64,000 bases of DNA from Bacteroidales bacterium (GTDB lineage: Bacteria > Bacteroidota > Bacteroidia > Bacteroidales > GCA-2748055). Numbering within the stretch: the stretch's first letter is position 1; each line of letters starts with the position of its first letter. The stretch covers positions 31,545 through 95,544 of the forward strand of contig JAUUZQ010000001.1 in the NCBI GenBank assembly GCA_030589895.1, in the 5' to 3' direction. Below the pieces are notes generated by a model, which searched no databases, was not told the DNA's origin, and saw only the letters and a list, made by a program, of their open reading frames with translations. Of the stretch, positions 19,188 through 30,100 are shown piece by piece. A program made the position numbers and the translations under genes.

Positions 19188-22100
19188 CTATCTCACCTTT
19201 ATAAAGTTTGCCCGGCTAACTACTTTCCCGTTTACCTTACTCTGAAGGATGTAAGATCCCTCATAGAGATTCGAGATATCCAGTTGTATTCTCTGCTCTC
19301 CGTAATAGATACCTGAACTATAGACTACACGACCGGTCATGTCTGTTATCTCAATTAATCCATCACTAAGCAGAGGCTGTTCAAGTTCCACATTGATCTT
19401 ATCATAAGCCGGATTAGGATAAACTTTTATTGACTTGTATTGATATATTACTTCCCCTAGGCCAAACTTTGAAACATCCTCAGAAGCAACCTGAAGCACC
19501 TTTCCACTTGTACGATCCTGCATAAAAGCAACGATCATTAGTTCATCGTAATCCTCAACATTTTCATAGGTCCAGCTAAAGAGTTCACTGGTATTCTCAT
19601 TTATGGTCCATGATTTAGAATAAAGCTTTCCTGCAGGACTGGGCAACATAGTCAGGACAACATTGTGAAATATAGAATCTTCATTAAATTCTTCATATTT
19701 TACTGTTTTCTCAACGACGGCAACATTCAATACTATATCAGCGTCATCAATAGCCTGCAAAGCATTTATCCTTATAGATGTACTTAATCTGCTACTATGT
19801 AACTGAAAGCTTACTTCCAATTCAAATAAAGGATCCTCAAGAGTTAACTCTTTCAGATAAGTACCAGATGGTTTCGATGAAGAAAAGTCATATACATATT
19901 TACTCTGCACTCCACCATCCATTATAGCGTAAGGAACTTGGTTAACACCATAATAGAACGATCTGGCAGAACCCGGTGAAGAGTTGTTTTCATTCATTGG
20001 ATCCTCTCCCGGATAGTGCATATGATACTGCAGATTGGTAACATCAAGGCTATTGTTAGAGGCAAAAATATCTACCACATTATCTGCACTTATTGCTGAA
20101 CCGGATGCAGAATTTGTAAAATGCTCAAGAAGAGCATGTTTGGTCCGTTTTCCAATATAAATATTATCAATAGCAATACCCTCATTCTCCGCAACATGTC
20201 CATCATCTGTAGCGTAAAAAATTCCAAAAATAACCGTCTTTTCTCCAATTAACATATCCAGATCATGTGCAGCAGAGACCCATTCTTTATCAGGATCGAA
20301 AGCATCACTAACTGACCAGCCAATGCTACTACCAATATTACCACTTCCATCATCACCTCCCGGCTTTTCATTTATGTCAAAAGAATTGTACCAGTTGATC
20401 CCTTCATTGATATTCCCAACCGTAATCCACTCTGCTCCGTCATTTAAAGTATACTGAAGTACAGCTCCGTCACCGGTTAAGTCAAAACTTTTTGCTATAT
20501 CCATTCGGATCATTGGACGATCGGTATCTGAAAAATCAAAACACGGACTTTGTATCCACGACCTTTCTGCAAGGCGAAGTGAAAGATCTGTGTACCATCC
20601 GATATCATCAGAAGAAGCAAAACTATGAGCCACATAATCCCGTTTCCAGATATCATTGCCGTAACCACTTTCGGCTTCCGGAGACCATTGACTTGGATTG
20701 TCTACCACAAGGTCATCAAAATTCTCAAAATGGAAGCCAGCTTCGGCAATAGAGATAGTTGGCTTCAATGACAAAATCCTAACTGTATCATCAGAACACA
20801 GGAGCTCATTAACTGCTGTCAATCTAATCCTATACTTACCGTCCTCTTCAAATTCATAAATAGCATCTGGAGGAAGAACTGCATCTGTCACAGTATCAAT
20901 AGTTTCAATTAAGGCACCTCCCGGAAAATCATAAATCTCCCAATGAAAGGACTCCCAGGCCTTCTCAGAGAATGACTCATTTATCAAAATCAGATCTGTA
21001 TTGTCTACCCAACAATCACTCACCCATGTGAAATCAGCAACTGGTTTATCACCAAAATCCACAATAGTATCAAATCTGGCTAAACAACCTGAAACTGTAA
21101 TTACCTCCAGGCTAATCTGCCGGGAACCTGGAGCAGTAAAATCATGAACTTCATTTGTTTTAGTATTTCTGGTGACTTCGTTAAATTCTCCACTATTTAC
21201 ATCACCAAATTCCCATCTCCACTCATCTACAAGTATTTCCTTATCGGTAAGATTTGTAAAACCAATTGGCCCTCCGCTGGTTGGTATGCAAATAGCTTGT
21301 GGTGTAAAATCAACTGTAGGCACATCGAAATTAGTAACAACAAATGATGAATCACGGATGCATCCATCCTGAGATATAAACTCGTAAAAAATAATATTTC
21401 CACCCAGATTTGCCTTAGCAGGATCGAAGTAATAGCCCTGAGGTTTCAGGGATACACCAGGTCCGGTGTAGGAATATGTTTCATTCGGATCATCCAATGA
21501 TGTTTCAAGAAAGAATGCATCATCATCATTGCAAAAAGTTGCAGGAAGAGGATCAATAAACTTTATTTCTGCTATTTCATCAATATCAAAATCCTTTGTA
21601 GTAATATTTCCGGGTTTACCATTCCAATCATACACAAATTCAACTATGTAATTCCCTCCTCTTAAACCATCAGCATATATAGTTGCTTCATTAAATCCTG
21701 AGTTTACCAATGAACCAAGAATTAAATTCCCCTTTCTATCCTTAAGGTAAAATACCCCTGTTCCGCCCCCGGTAATTGTTCCTGTAATTATTGTTGGGGG
21801 AGCATTGTAACAAATGACTTCAGGCAAATTAAAATCCGCCTGCTCAACCAGCACACTAAATTCTATGCTTGTCTGACCGATACATCCTGTAACAGGATCC
21901 TCATATGAATAATAAATAGTATGTGGGGAATTGGTAGTATCAGCTACATTCGGATAAAACAAATTTTCTGATGAGACAACACCAATACCGGTAAATAGCC
22001 CTCCTGAAGGATTTGCTGTTAAGGCAACAGGCGACTCAGTGACCTGGAATGAGGTTCTTGAGTTGGTAATACTTACCGTAGGATTCGAATTCAAAATAAC

Positions 22101-24848
22101 TTCTGCTGATCCCGAACCTATTCCGGGAACAGACAAAGCATCTACCACAGAGCTAATTGTATAAGAGTAAGTATGTGGAATGGATGGGCTTGCCATGAAA
22201 CTATATTCAGACGGAATACTTGAGTAAACCTGTGAAGAACCATGACCATCTGCAACTTCAATAGTAAATGGTGCATGCCCGGTTAAACTTACAAACACCT
22301 CCATTGAACCACCCGGACAAATCTGACCACCTCCAAAAATATATGCAGATGGAGCATCGGTAACAATTGTAACATCGTTACTTAATAGTCCGTCAACCTG
22401 GGTCGTTTCATTGCCTGCATCATCTCCAAGTACAATCGTTGCTTTTAAATCACCAACAGATTCTACCGGATCATCGTCTGAGGAAACAGTATAAATAATA
22501 GCATACGTGTTGTTATTATTATCAACAAATGACAATCTGGGTGAGGTAGAGGGGATATTATTCACGTGAGTACCACTTCTTAAGTTAAGCCCTGTTTCAG
22601 TAGAAACAATAGTGAGTACTACAGTTTGTCCCGGCACCTTAACTCCGGAGGATGTAACTGTTATGGAACTGATAAGTGGACTGTTGGCATCAATTACAGG
22701 GCTTGGTCCTGAAACAGTATTGAAAAGAATACTGGGGTTGCCAACAGCATCCTTCATCACAACATCAACAAGAATTGCACCACTAAGGTCAGGATTCCCA
22801 TCTTCGACAGTATAGTTTAACTGGTAAATTCCTGAACCCGATTCATTTGACTGTACATTGGAAGCACTAAGGGCTATGGTATTGATCTTTGTCAAGGCAT
22901 CATCAAATGTCAGGCCACTTTCAGTGGCATGGATCACCGCAGTAATCTGGTCTCCAATTTTATAGCTGCCATTATTGAAATCAATAAGGTCAACTATTGG
23001 TCTCCTGGAGTCAATAGCATCATGTGAACCGATAATGCTTGAACTGAAGATATTTCCCGGCGTTGATCCATTAAACAATTGTAAATTTACTACCGGAATA
23101 CTCTCAATTGCCAGATATTCCGGAGTTGAATTCTCAATTATTTGAAAATCTCCCTCATAAGTATTTTTGTCTATCCTTCTGAAGACTGAAATACTTCTCC
23201 CGGCAATTGTTCCGGAACCATAAGTAAAAATATTGTCATCATCATCATCCACATAAATGGTTGCTGTCACAACATCGCCAATCCCCATCGCAACATCAGG
23301 AATAGAAACTGATAAAATAACAGGTTCAATTACAGCATATACTGTAACACTTTGTGCAGATGTCAAATCTTCACTACCACTTAACTCCTCTTGTCCAATT
23401 GTAATTCCAAGCAGCTGATCAACACTAAAACTTGATCCGTTAAATTTAAGATCGATTGTGGCTGAATCATCCGTAAAATAATCTACGTCACTATCACCAT
23501 TAATATATAAGCCCGGAATTCCTGCCAGATTACAATTTATAGTAATGTAATTATTCTGTAGCGTAGAGTTTAAAAATGTCTCCTCATATAGCTTAACAGT
23601 CAATTTCCCGTCATTTAAATTTGCTTCAGTTAAAGGATCGGGAATTGCAGTAATGACAATTGTGGGCGTTATTCTATTAATACCTGCAAAATCAGCATCT
23701 GATAAAACACTGGCTGAATTAGTAAACAAACTAGCCGGTGCATCAATACTCAGGGAGATATCCTGTGTGATATTGAAATCGCTTTTTACAGGAACAGTGA
23801 TTGTAACTATACCACCGGAAGGAGCTGAAACATTGCTAACTCCCTGGTCACCACCTAAAATATCAATAATCAGATCATCCCATCCGCCATCTGAAGGAAT
23901 ACAGGTAATACTGTTCACCAGACTCTCTGTAGTTGCACCAACAGTGCCAACACCAGCGACCCAGGTATCCTCAAAAAGAGTCAGTACTATTTCATAACTG
24001 CTTCCCCTGATATCACCTTCGTCGGAAACCGTGGTAATTGATCCACTTGCAACAATAGTTGGAGGGATTGGAGATATTGTTTTTGTACCGGAAACTGAAT
24101 ATGGTCCAGCGGTGGAATAATCCAGGTCGGCTGCAATAATAGAAATAGTAACATCCTCATCCACTGATATATCAAAGGAACCTGTTTGGGGGATTGTCAC
24201 GTGAACAACTGAAGCACTTAAACGGGTGATCGTCAAATTTGGTCTGATATCTGCATCCCATGCGCTCCCATCACCATCAATTCTATCTTTAAAATCAGCG
24301 CTTAATGAACTGGCCCAGACATCGCCGTCAAGGGTAATGTCAAATGATATTGAACTTGTGCGTATGTCTGCTTCCGTATAGGTTTGATTTGTAATAGATA
24401 TCAGTGGCAAGAGATTCGAAATTCTAACACTATCGGTAAGAACAATGGAAGCCTCGGATTTCAGTGCGCCTGCAGGTATGGTAAGACCAATGGCATCATC
24501 AGCAGCAATAAAATAGGAGGTAAACTGACTGATAGTAATAGTTGCAACGGTATCATCATTCGTAAATACTACATCTGTCAATGCTACTGCATCAATTACA
24601 GCATCAAATTCAGTGCTTGAACCTTTCAATCCATTCAAAAGAGCTGTTTTTGCAAGATCTACAGTAAGAAAAGTATCATTGGAAACAGTTATTTCAATGG
24701 TATAATCTGATGCATCCCTGACATCACCTTCATCAACAATGTTTTCAACTATTACTGCACTTTGACTAAACGACAAAGCGGTGATTCCCAGTAATGCAAG
24801 GAACAGGAAACTTTTTAACCTGGTTCTCATGGGTATATATTTTATCAT
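19188..24848 (-). CDS. Giant T9SS-secreted surface protein (repeat/Ig-like region, PKD-like and MAM/lectin-like modules, C-terminal sorting domain)
   Basis: 1886 aa with a signal peptide. PKD-like signatures are WRWEFGD...HDFTAPGSRQISLEV and FHWEIYD...GKYRIRLTAVN. The sorting domain is IKVYPNPAYDKINVEL...GSYILQSKVNGKVVSRANFIKVR. Confidence 0.85.
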   Translation of the reverse strand: MIKYIPMRTRLKSFLFLALLGITALSFSQSAVIVENIVDEGDVRDASDYTIEITVSNDTFLTVDLAKTALLNGLKGSSTEFDAVIDAVALTDVVFTNDDTVATITISQFTSYFIAADDAIGLTIPAGALKSEASIVLTDSVRISNLLPLISITNQTYTEADIRTSSISFDITLDGDVWASSLSADFKDRIDGDGSAWDADIRPNLTITRLSASVVHVTIPQTGSFDISVDEDVTISIIAADLDYSTAGPYSVSGTKTISPIPPTIVASGSITTVSDEGDIRGSSYEIVLTLFEDTWVAGVGTVGATTESLVNSITCIPSDGGWDDLIIDILGGDQGVSNVSAPSGGIVTITVPVKSDFNITQDISLSIDAPASLFTNSASVLSDADFAGINRITPTIVITAIPDPLTEANLNDGKLTVKLYEETFLNSTLQNNYITINCNLAGIPGLYINGDSDVDYFTDDSATIDLKFNGSSFSVDQLLGITIGQEELSGSEDLTSAQSVTVYAVIEPVILSVSIPDVAMGIGDVVTATIYVDDDDDNIFTYGSGTIAGRSISVFRRIDKNTYEGDFQIIENSTPEYLAIESIPVVNLQLFNGSTPGNIFSSSIIGSHDAIDSRRPIVDLIDFNNGSYKIGDQITAVIHATESGLTFDDALTKINTIALSASNVQSNESGSGIYQLNYTVEDGNPDLSGAILVDVVMKDAVGNPSILFNTVSGPSPVIDANSPLISSITVTSSGVKVPGQTVVLTIVSTETGLNLRSGTHVNNIPSTSPRLSFVDNNNNTYAIIYTVSSDDDPVESVGDLKATIVLGDDAGNETTQVDGLLSNDVTIVTDAPSAYIFGGGQICPGGSMEVFVSLTGHAPFTIEVADGHGSSQVYSSIPSEYSFMASPSIPHTYSYTISSVVDALSVPGIGSGSAEVILNSNPTVSITNSRTSFQVTESPVALTANPSGGLFTGIGVVSSENLFYPNVADTTNSPHTIYYSYEDPVTGCIGQTSIEFSVLVEQADFNLPEVICYNAPPTIITGTITGGGTGVFYLKDRKGNLILGSLVNSGFNEATIYADGLRGGNYIVEFVYDWNGKPGNITTKDFDIDEIAEIKFIDPLPATFCNDDDAFFLETSLDDPNETYSYTGPGVSLKPQGYYFDPAKANLGGNIIFYEFISQDGCIRDSSFVVTNFDVPTVDFTPQAICIPTSGGPIGFTNLTDKEILVDEWRWEFGDVNSGEFNEVTRNTKTNEVHDFTAPGSRQISLEVITVSGCLARFDTIVDFGDKPVADFTWVSDCWVDNTDLILINESFSEKAWESFHWEIYDFPGGALIETIDTVTDAVLPPDAIYEFEEDGKYRIRLTAVNELLCSDDTVRILSLKPTISIAEAGFHFENFDDLVVDNPSQWSPEAESGYGNDIWKRDYVAHSFASSDDIGWYTDLSLRLAERSWIQSPCFDFSDTDRPMIRMDIAKSFDLTGDGAVLQYTLNDGAEWITVGNINEGINWYNSFDINEKPGGDDGSGNIGSSIGWSVSDAFDPDKEWVSAAHDLDMLIGEKTVIFGIFYATDDGHVAENEGIAIDNIYIGKRTKHALLEHFTNSASGSAISADNVVDIFASNNSLDVTNLQYHMHYPGEDPMNENNSSPGSARSFYYGVNQVPYAIMDGGVQSKYVYDFSSSKPSGTYLKELTLEDPLFELEVSFQLHSSRLSTSIRINALQAIDDADIVLNVAVVEKTVKYEEFNEDSIFHNVVLTMLPSPAGKLYSKSWTINENTSELFSWTYENVEDYDELMIVAFMQDRTSGKVLQVASEDVSKFGLGEVIYQYKSIKVYPNPAYDKINVELEQPLLSDGLIEITDMTGRVVYSSGIYYGEQRIQLDISNLYEGSYILQSKVNGKVVSRANFIKVR

Positions 24849-24854
24849 TTGATA

Positions 24855-26039
24855 CTAAAACTTTCCCTGGGCATTTGTCTTGATCAGGGATATCACACTA
24901 TTACCTTCTAGTCCGTTTGACCCCACCAGGATCAAACCTCCGTCGAGTGTTCGTTTAATGGCGTTTCCAGACTGACTTCCAAGTTGTCCGAATATTTCAG
25001 CTTCACCCACATCACCGCCTTCACCAATAAACTGCAGAAGAATATCTTTGTTTTCATTTACCTCCCGGCTACCCACCACAGCAATATTTCCATCGGAACC
25101 AATCGCACAACCTTCTCCTGTTAAGTCTATTCCTATTTCAAAAATGGTTGCAAGCTCCTGTTGGTTTTTGATTAAATTACCTTCAAGCGTAAATGTATAA
25201 AGTGCAATCTCACTGTTCCCTCTTGTGGTGTTATTTGAATTTCCCATTAACAAATATGCTCCATCATATACAATAATGCTTCTTGCAAAATCATCATAAT
25301 TTGTTCCCATGGCACGGGTGTCGAACAAATTACTATTCTCATCTACGTATACCACCATAAAATCTTTGCCGGCAAAAGCACCATCATCATAAGTACAAGC
25401 CACCAGGTAGCCATTCCCGGTATTATGAATATATCGTGCTTCATCATCCGATATTCCATTACTTCCAATAAAATCTGAAATCTTATTTCCTTCTTCATCC
25501 ACCATGACAATCCATAAATCATCCTGATTATTTACTTCTCGTTTCCCTGCCAGAACATAGCCACCTTCTGATCTTGTGGTAACATGATATACAGTCTCAT
25601 TTTCATCACCACCAAGCCGACTGGACCATAATTCTTCACCAGCTAAATCAGTACGTACCATGTAAATATCTGACTGCAGCGTTCCATCTACAAGAGTATC
25701 AACAATCTGTCCAACCAGAAGAAAACCATCATCCAGGGCCAATAAGCTACTGCCTGATGTTTGTAAAAGACCTCCGTAGTACTTTGGGGAATTTTCAGTT
25801 TGATTTCCATATTCATCGGTAATAATCAGAAACATACTAGAGATTGAGTCCGGTATCATACTCCCTGTAATTGCATAGCCTCCAGATGCCAGCACCTGCA
25901 CATCCCTCCCGATATCCAGCTGGTAACTCCCATAGAATTTCATGAAAGATTTTTTCTGAAAATCTGACAAGCCGTCTGAGCATGAATAGAGAAGAACAAT
26001 AGCCAGACTTACCAGAATATATTTTACTAATCGCTTCAT
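24855..26039 (-). CDS. Lipoprotein with seven beta-propeller-like blades
   Basis: Lipobox LLYSC. Seven spaced repeats: SGGYAITGS, DDGFLLVGQ, EGGYVLAGK, GNGYLVACT, DGAYLLMGN, DGNIAVVGS, DGGLILVGS. Each is followed by a hydrophobic strand plus D/E-x-x-G. Confidence 0.6.
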   Translation of the reverse strand: MKRLVKYILVSLAIVLLYSCSDGLSDFQKKSFMKFYGSYQLDIGRDVQVLASGGYAITGSMIPDSISSMFLIITDEYGNQTENSPKYYGGLLQTSGSSLLALDDGFLLVGQIVDTLVDGTLQSDIYMVRTDLAGEELWSSRLGGDENETVYHVTTRSEGGYVLAGKREVNNQDDLWIVMVDEEGNKISDFIGSNGISDDEARYIHNTGNGYLVACTYDDGAFAGKDFMVVYVDENSNLFDTRAMGTNYDDFARSIIVYDGAYLLMGNSNNTTRGNSEIALYTFTLEGNLIKNQQELATIFEIGIDLTGEGCAIGSDGNIAVVGSREVNENKDILLQFIGEGGDVGEAEIFGQLGSQSGNAIKRTLDGGLILVGSNGLEGNSVISLIKTNAQGKF

Positions 26040-26041
26040 AA

Positions 26042-27112
26042 TTATTGTTCTTTCTTTTTAGGTCGATAAAGCGGGAACATGTAGCCGGCTGTGGCAGTAA
26101 GGTTATTAAGGAGAAACTTGTCGTTGACAAAATAAATCACGTTAACAAGGTCCTGGAACATATAAGGATCACTATCCGGTTTTACCTGGTTGAGTAGATT
26201 GGCATGGTATCTTAAGTCAAGAAAGAAATTGCCTGCTCCTAATTTGTAAGTGAATCCGGCACCGGCAAAGGCCCATACGTTAAACATTCTTCTCCCGGGA
26301 AGAACATCCACATTGGCGACATCAAGATCATCATACTTGATATTACCTGTGTTAATATATACTCTTTTTGCTTCAGCTTTTGCTGATAGTAAAACTCCCG
26401 GAACAATGCCCATTCTTATGTAAGGCTTGAAATCAGAATCTCCAAAATAATATGCTGCGCTTACCGGTAATCTCAGTTGAGTCTGGGTTTCATAATACTC
26501 TACAATCGAATAATCTGTAATTTCAGCTGAAAGGGTAATATTATCAGTTTCATCGTCAAGGTAGTTGTCAAACACAACATTGGCAATGGACAATTCTCCC
26601 AACAAATGAAAATTGGGGTTAATCTGACGCTCAACCATAAAATTTCCGTGAAATCCTGCTCTGCCCGGTACAAAATTACCTTCATGAAACAACACATTAT
26701 GGACTCCCAATCCCTCTGTTGCAATAGGAAATGAGAAATTCGCTCCAACACCACCACCCAGCATAAGAACCGGATCAGTATCATAAGTCTCCATCAACAG
26801 AACAAATTCCCTTGGGTCTGTTGCAACAGGCTCATAGGCAGGAAACTCCGATAAGAACTGTAACATAAATTCATCTGCCTCTTCAATGTTATCGTCAAAG
26901 AGATAAGAGAGGATAATCAGTTTATATGCCTGAAGCTGCTCTTCATTGGTAAACCCGGTTTTCAAACATGAAGATAGTTTATCGGGAATAGTTTCGATTA
27001 ATCCGGCAGCAAACATTTCCTGGGCCTCCTCTAAAACAAAGGCACACTCCTGCTGAGCCATCATGTTAACCGAAAAAGCAGCAATTGCCAGAATAAGTAT
27101 TAGTTTTCTCAT
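26042..27112 (-). CDS. Secreted protein: helical (TPR-like) N-domain + outer-membrane beta-barrel-like C-domain
   Basis: Signal peptide ending MMAQQ. The first ~100 aa are helical. The rest shows alternating hydrophobic/aromatic strands (FAGAGFTYKLGAGNFFLDLRYHANL). There is no PorP/SprF N-terminal signature. Confidence 0.5.
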   Translation of the reverse strand: MRKLILILAIAAFSVNMMAQQECAFVLEEAQEMFAAGLIETIPDKLSSCLKTGFTNEEQLQAYKLIILSYLFDDNIEEADEFMLQFLSEFPAYEPVATDPREFVLLMETYDTDPVLMLGGGVGANFSFPIATEGLGVHNVLFHEGNFVPGRAGFHGNFMVERQINPNFHLLGELSIANVVFDNYLDDETDNITLSAEITDYSIVEYYETQTQLRLPVSAAYYFGDSDFKPYIRMGIVPGVLLSAKAEAKRVYINTGNIKYDDLDVANVDVLPGRRMFNVWAFAGAGFTYKLGAGNFFLDLRYHANLLNQVKPDSDPYMFQDLVNVIYFVNDKFLLNNLTATAGYMFPLYRPKKKEQ

Positions 27113-27118
27113 ATGCGC

Positions 27119-30100
27119 CTAATTTTCTGTTTCCAGGAGAAGACAGGTTTTCTGATATTTGAGATTCTCTCCAACCCCAACATAAACTTCCCATTCTACC
27201 TGTGTTAAATTTCGCTTAATCATAGAGCAAAAACCTTCAATAAGAAGATCTGAACGAACTGGTCTTACAATAAGTTCATTGGCCTCGTCCCCACTTATAA
27301 GAAACTTCTCATCCTGACTGAAACCTATAGTAAAAACAAATCCCTTATTGTCTTCCATTACCAGCGGTGAATTATTCAGATTCTTCATTTCCCACATCAA
27401 CACTTTGCTATCGTTACCAGCTGAAGCAAGGTAATTACTTTTAGGGCTGAATTTCACATCATTGATCCTGGCAGTACTACCTCTCAGACTAATTGTCGCT
27501 TGCCATGTTTCTGTACTATACAATCTTACAATACCACTTCCATCACCCACAGCGAAATACTTTCCGTCACCGCTAAAATCAAGAGAGAAAGATGGATTTT
27601 TGACAGAACCGGGAAGTATGATTGGATCTTCCGGATCATAAATTGAATAGATAAAAATATTACCTGACCGGTCAGCAGCTCCCACGGTCTGTCCATCAGG
27701 TGCTATGGCTATATCGTTAAAACGGTATTTAGAACTTGCAAAAACCTGAGCCGCTTTTCCTGTTACATTCCACTTCAATATCCGTTTGTCCAATCCTATT
27801 GTATAAAAGTCTCCTCCATTTGCGAACTCAATTTTCCGAATCCTCCCCTCATGTCCATTTAAATGAATAGGTTCTTTTCCTGGCTTTCCCGTTTCATATA
27901 TATAGATCCCACCTTTATCTGTTCCCGCTACAAGCCATTTTCCATCTTTACTTATTGCCAGAGATTTAAACAATAAATCTGTTTGCGAGACAAGGGCAAA
28001 TGATTTTCTCGAATCTGACAATGACCACTTAAGAATCCGGCCATCAGCTCCTGCGGTATACCAATCATCCGTGCCGGGGTGAAATACCAGGGAATTAATA
28101 GACTGTGTATGTCCCTTGTACATATTATATTCATTTCCCAAAAGTGTTTTTCGGGCGCTGTATAATCCAGCATAGATATCAGCATCGTGAGACCACCCTT
28201 CAAATTTCAGATTGAATTTGTAAGCCTGGAATGCCAACAATGCCTGAAGGTCCGGATCATCATCAATTTGAAGGGATTTAACAGCCATTGATTTTGCAAT
28301 AGATAAGATCTGACTCTTAGTAGCTTCATCTTTTGCAATATTTGCTGCAAGAGTCTGATCATTTGCTAACTGCTCATTAGCTTTTGCCAGTCTCTCTTGC
28401 TTTTTTGCCTCTTGCGCACTTCTCAATGCCCGCTCGGCTTCACTATCAGCACGACCAAGTTGTACTAAGGCCTCTTCTTTACTGACCTCTGCTGCAGCAG
28501 TTGCATCTTCAGCAATGAGCTTTTGTTGTGTGGCTATATCAGCCGACTCCTGTGCTGCAACCTTCTGTTTATCTGCTTCTTTACGTTGTTCAATTGCAAT
28601 TTCAGTCTGAACTTTAGCATCTTTTGCCGATGCCTCAGCTTCTTTTTTCAAAACCTGGGAATAGAGAAACAATCCCATGGCAAAAACAGCAATGGCTCCC
28701 AATACCAATGCAAATGATCTGGTAATTTTTAGCCTGCGTTTCTGCAAGCGGATTTTATTCTCCTCCTCCTTCTTAAACTCGGTATCACTTGTACTGAGAT
28801 AGACCATTGATCGCTCAAAAGCCGGATTATACTGCACTCCCCAGGTAGCTGAAGGTTTTTGCTTCTCACGCCAGTTCAACGCAAGTTGCAAGTCCGGCGG
28901 ACGCCAAAGTCCTGTTCTGCCCTCCTGGTAAAGTTCGGATGCCTCAGACAGACGATTGTACATTTGAACAGATGAAGCCTCCTCATCCACCCAGAGCCTG
29001 AGTCGGTCCCATATCCTCATTAGTGATTCATGGGAGATATCAATCACTGTCTCTTCGGTAATCTCAACCGGTTGATAGGGCGTTAAGAATGTCCTGCCCC
29101 TGGTTCTGAATAGCTCAGCAATTTCAATAATATCTTTCACTGAACACTTCGCAATTTCAGCTACTTTTTGTACTCTGTTCGGGCGTCTCAGCCCCCGGTT
29201 ATCCCCTCCTTTTTCCGTAAGTATCTTAAATAGATTCTGACAAATAACACGCTGACTTTCATTTAATTCATCAAATGCCTCATTGGCGTGATCCGACAAA
29301 GCCTTTTCCATCCTTCCTATCGCCTCATAGTCCCCAATTGAAATCGGCTTATCCGGATCATTCTGAAGTTTCCAGTGCTCCCATGTCCGCATAAGAGCAT
29401 GCTGAAGAACTGGTAGCTGGTCTGTATCAATTCCTACCTCATCCAATAATTGATCAACAAGATCTTCATCAATTGTTGCCCCTCCGATTCCAACAGGTCC
29501 CTTAATAGCCTTCTTGAAATCGTCTCTGGTCATTTGAGGAATCAGGTAATTACTCTTATTTATTAATTCCGTTAAATTTTGAAAAATAGAACACTCTCCA
29601 ATGAAATCTGAACGCATTGTAAGCACCACATATACAGGGATGATTTCAGAACTTGATCCACTATAGATCAAATCTACAAACCTTTTGATCTGATTCAATT
29701 GTTCATCTGCTGCACCTGTACCGGTAAATCTGAAGATTTCCTCAAACTGGTCCACAATGATCAAAATAGGCTGATCTCCCAACTTCTTTCCCTTGATCCA
29801 CTCCTGCAGACCAATATCCTGATCTCTTAAAATCTCAGTATCAGCATCCTTAAATTTTCCGGTAAAAGAAGCGGAAAATGAATCCACCAGATTCCGAAGA
29901 GGATCAGATCCAGGTCTGGTTGTGACAATGGTCCATTTCTTTGAAGCTTGCTTTTGAAGTTCAGGAACTACTCCGCAATAAATCAACGAGGATTTACCCG
30001 ATCCGGAAGCTCCGATAACAGCAACAAACCTATTCTTTTCCAAAGAATCAAGTACAGACCTGCTCTGTCCTTCTCTTCCGAAAAACAGCTTTGACTCCTC

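Noticed and set aside
26042-27112. Calling the 356-aa barrel protein a PorP/SprF T9SS component.
   Set aside because: It lacks the conserved N-terminal Q-D-P-x-F-S-Q-Y-type segment I expect after the signal peptide, so it is left as a generic OM barrel candidate.
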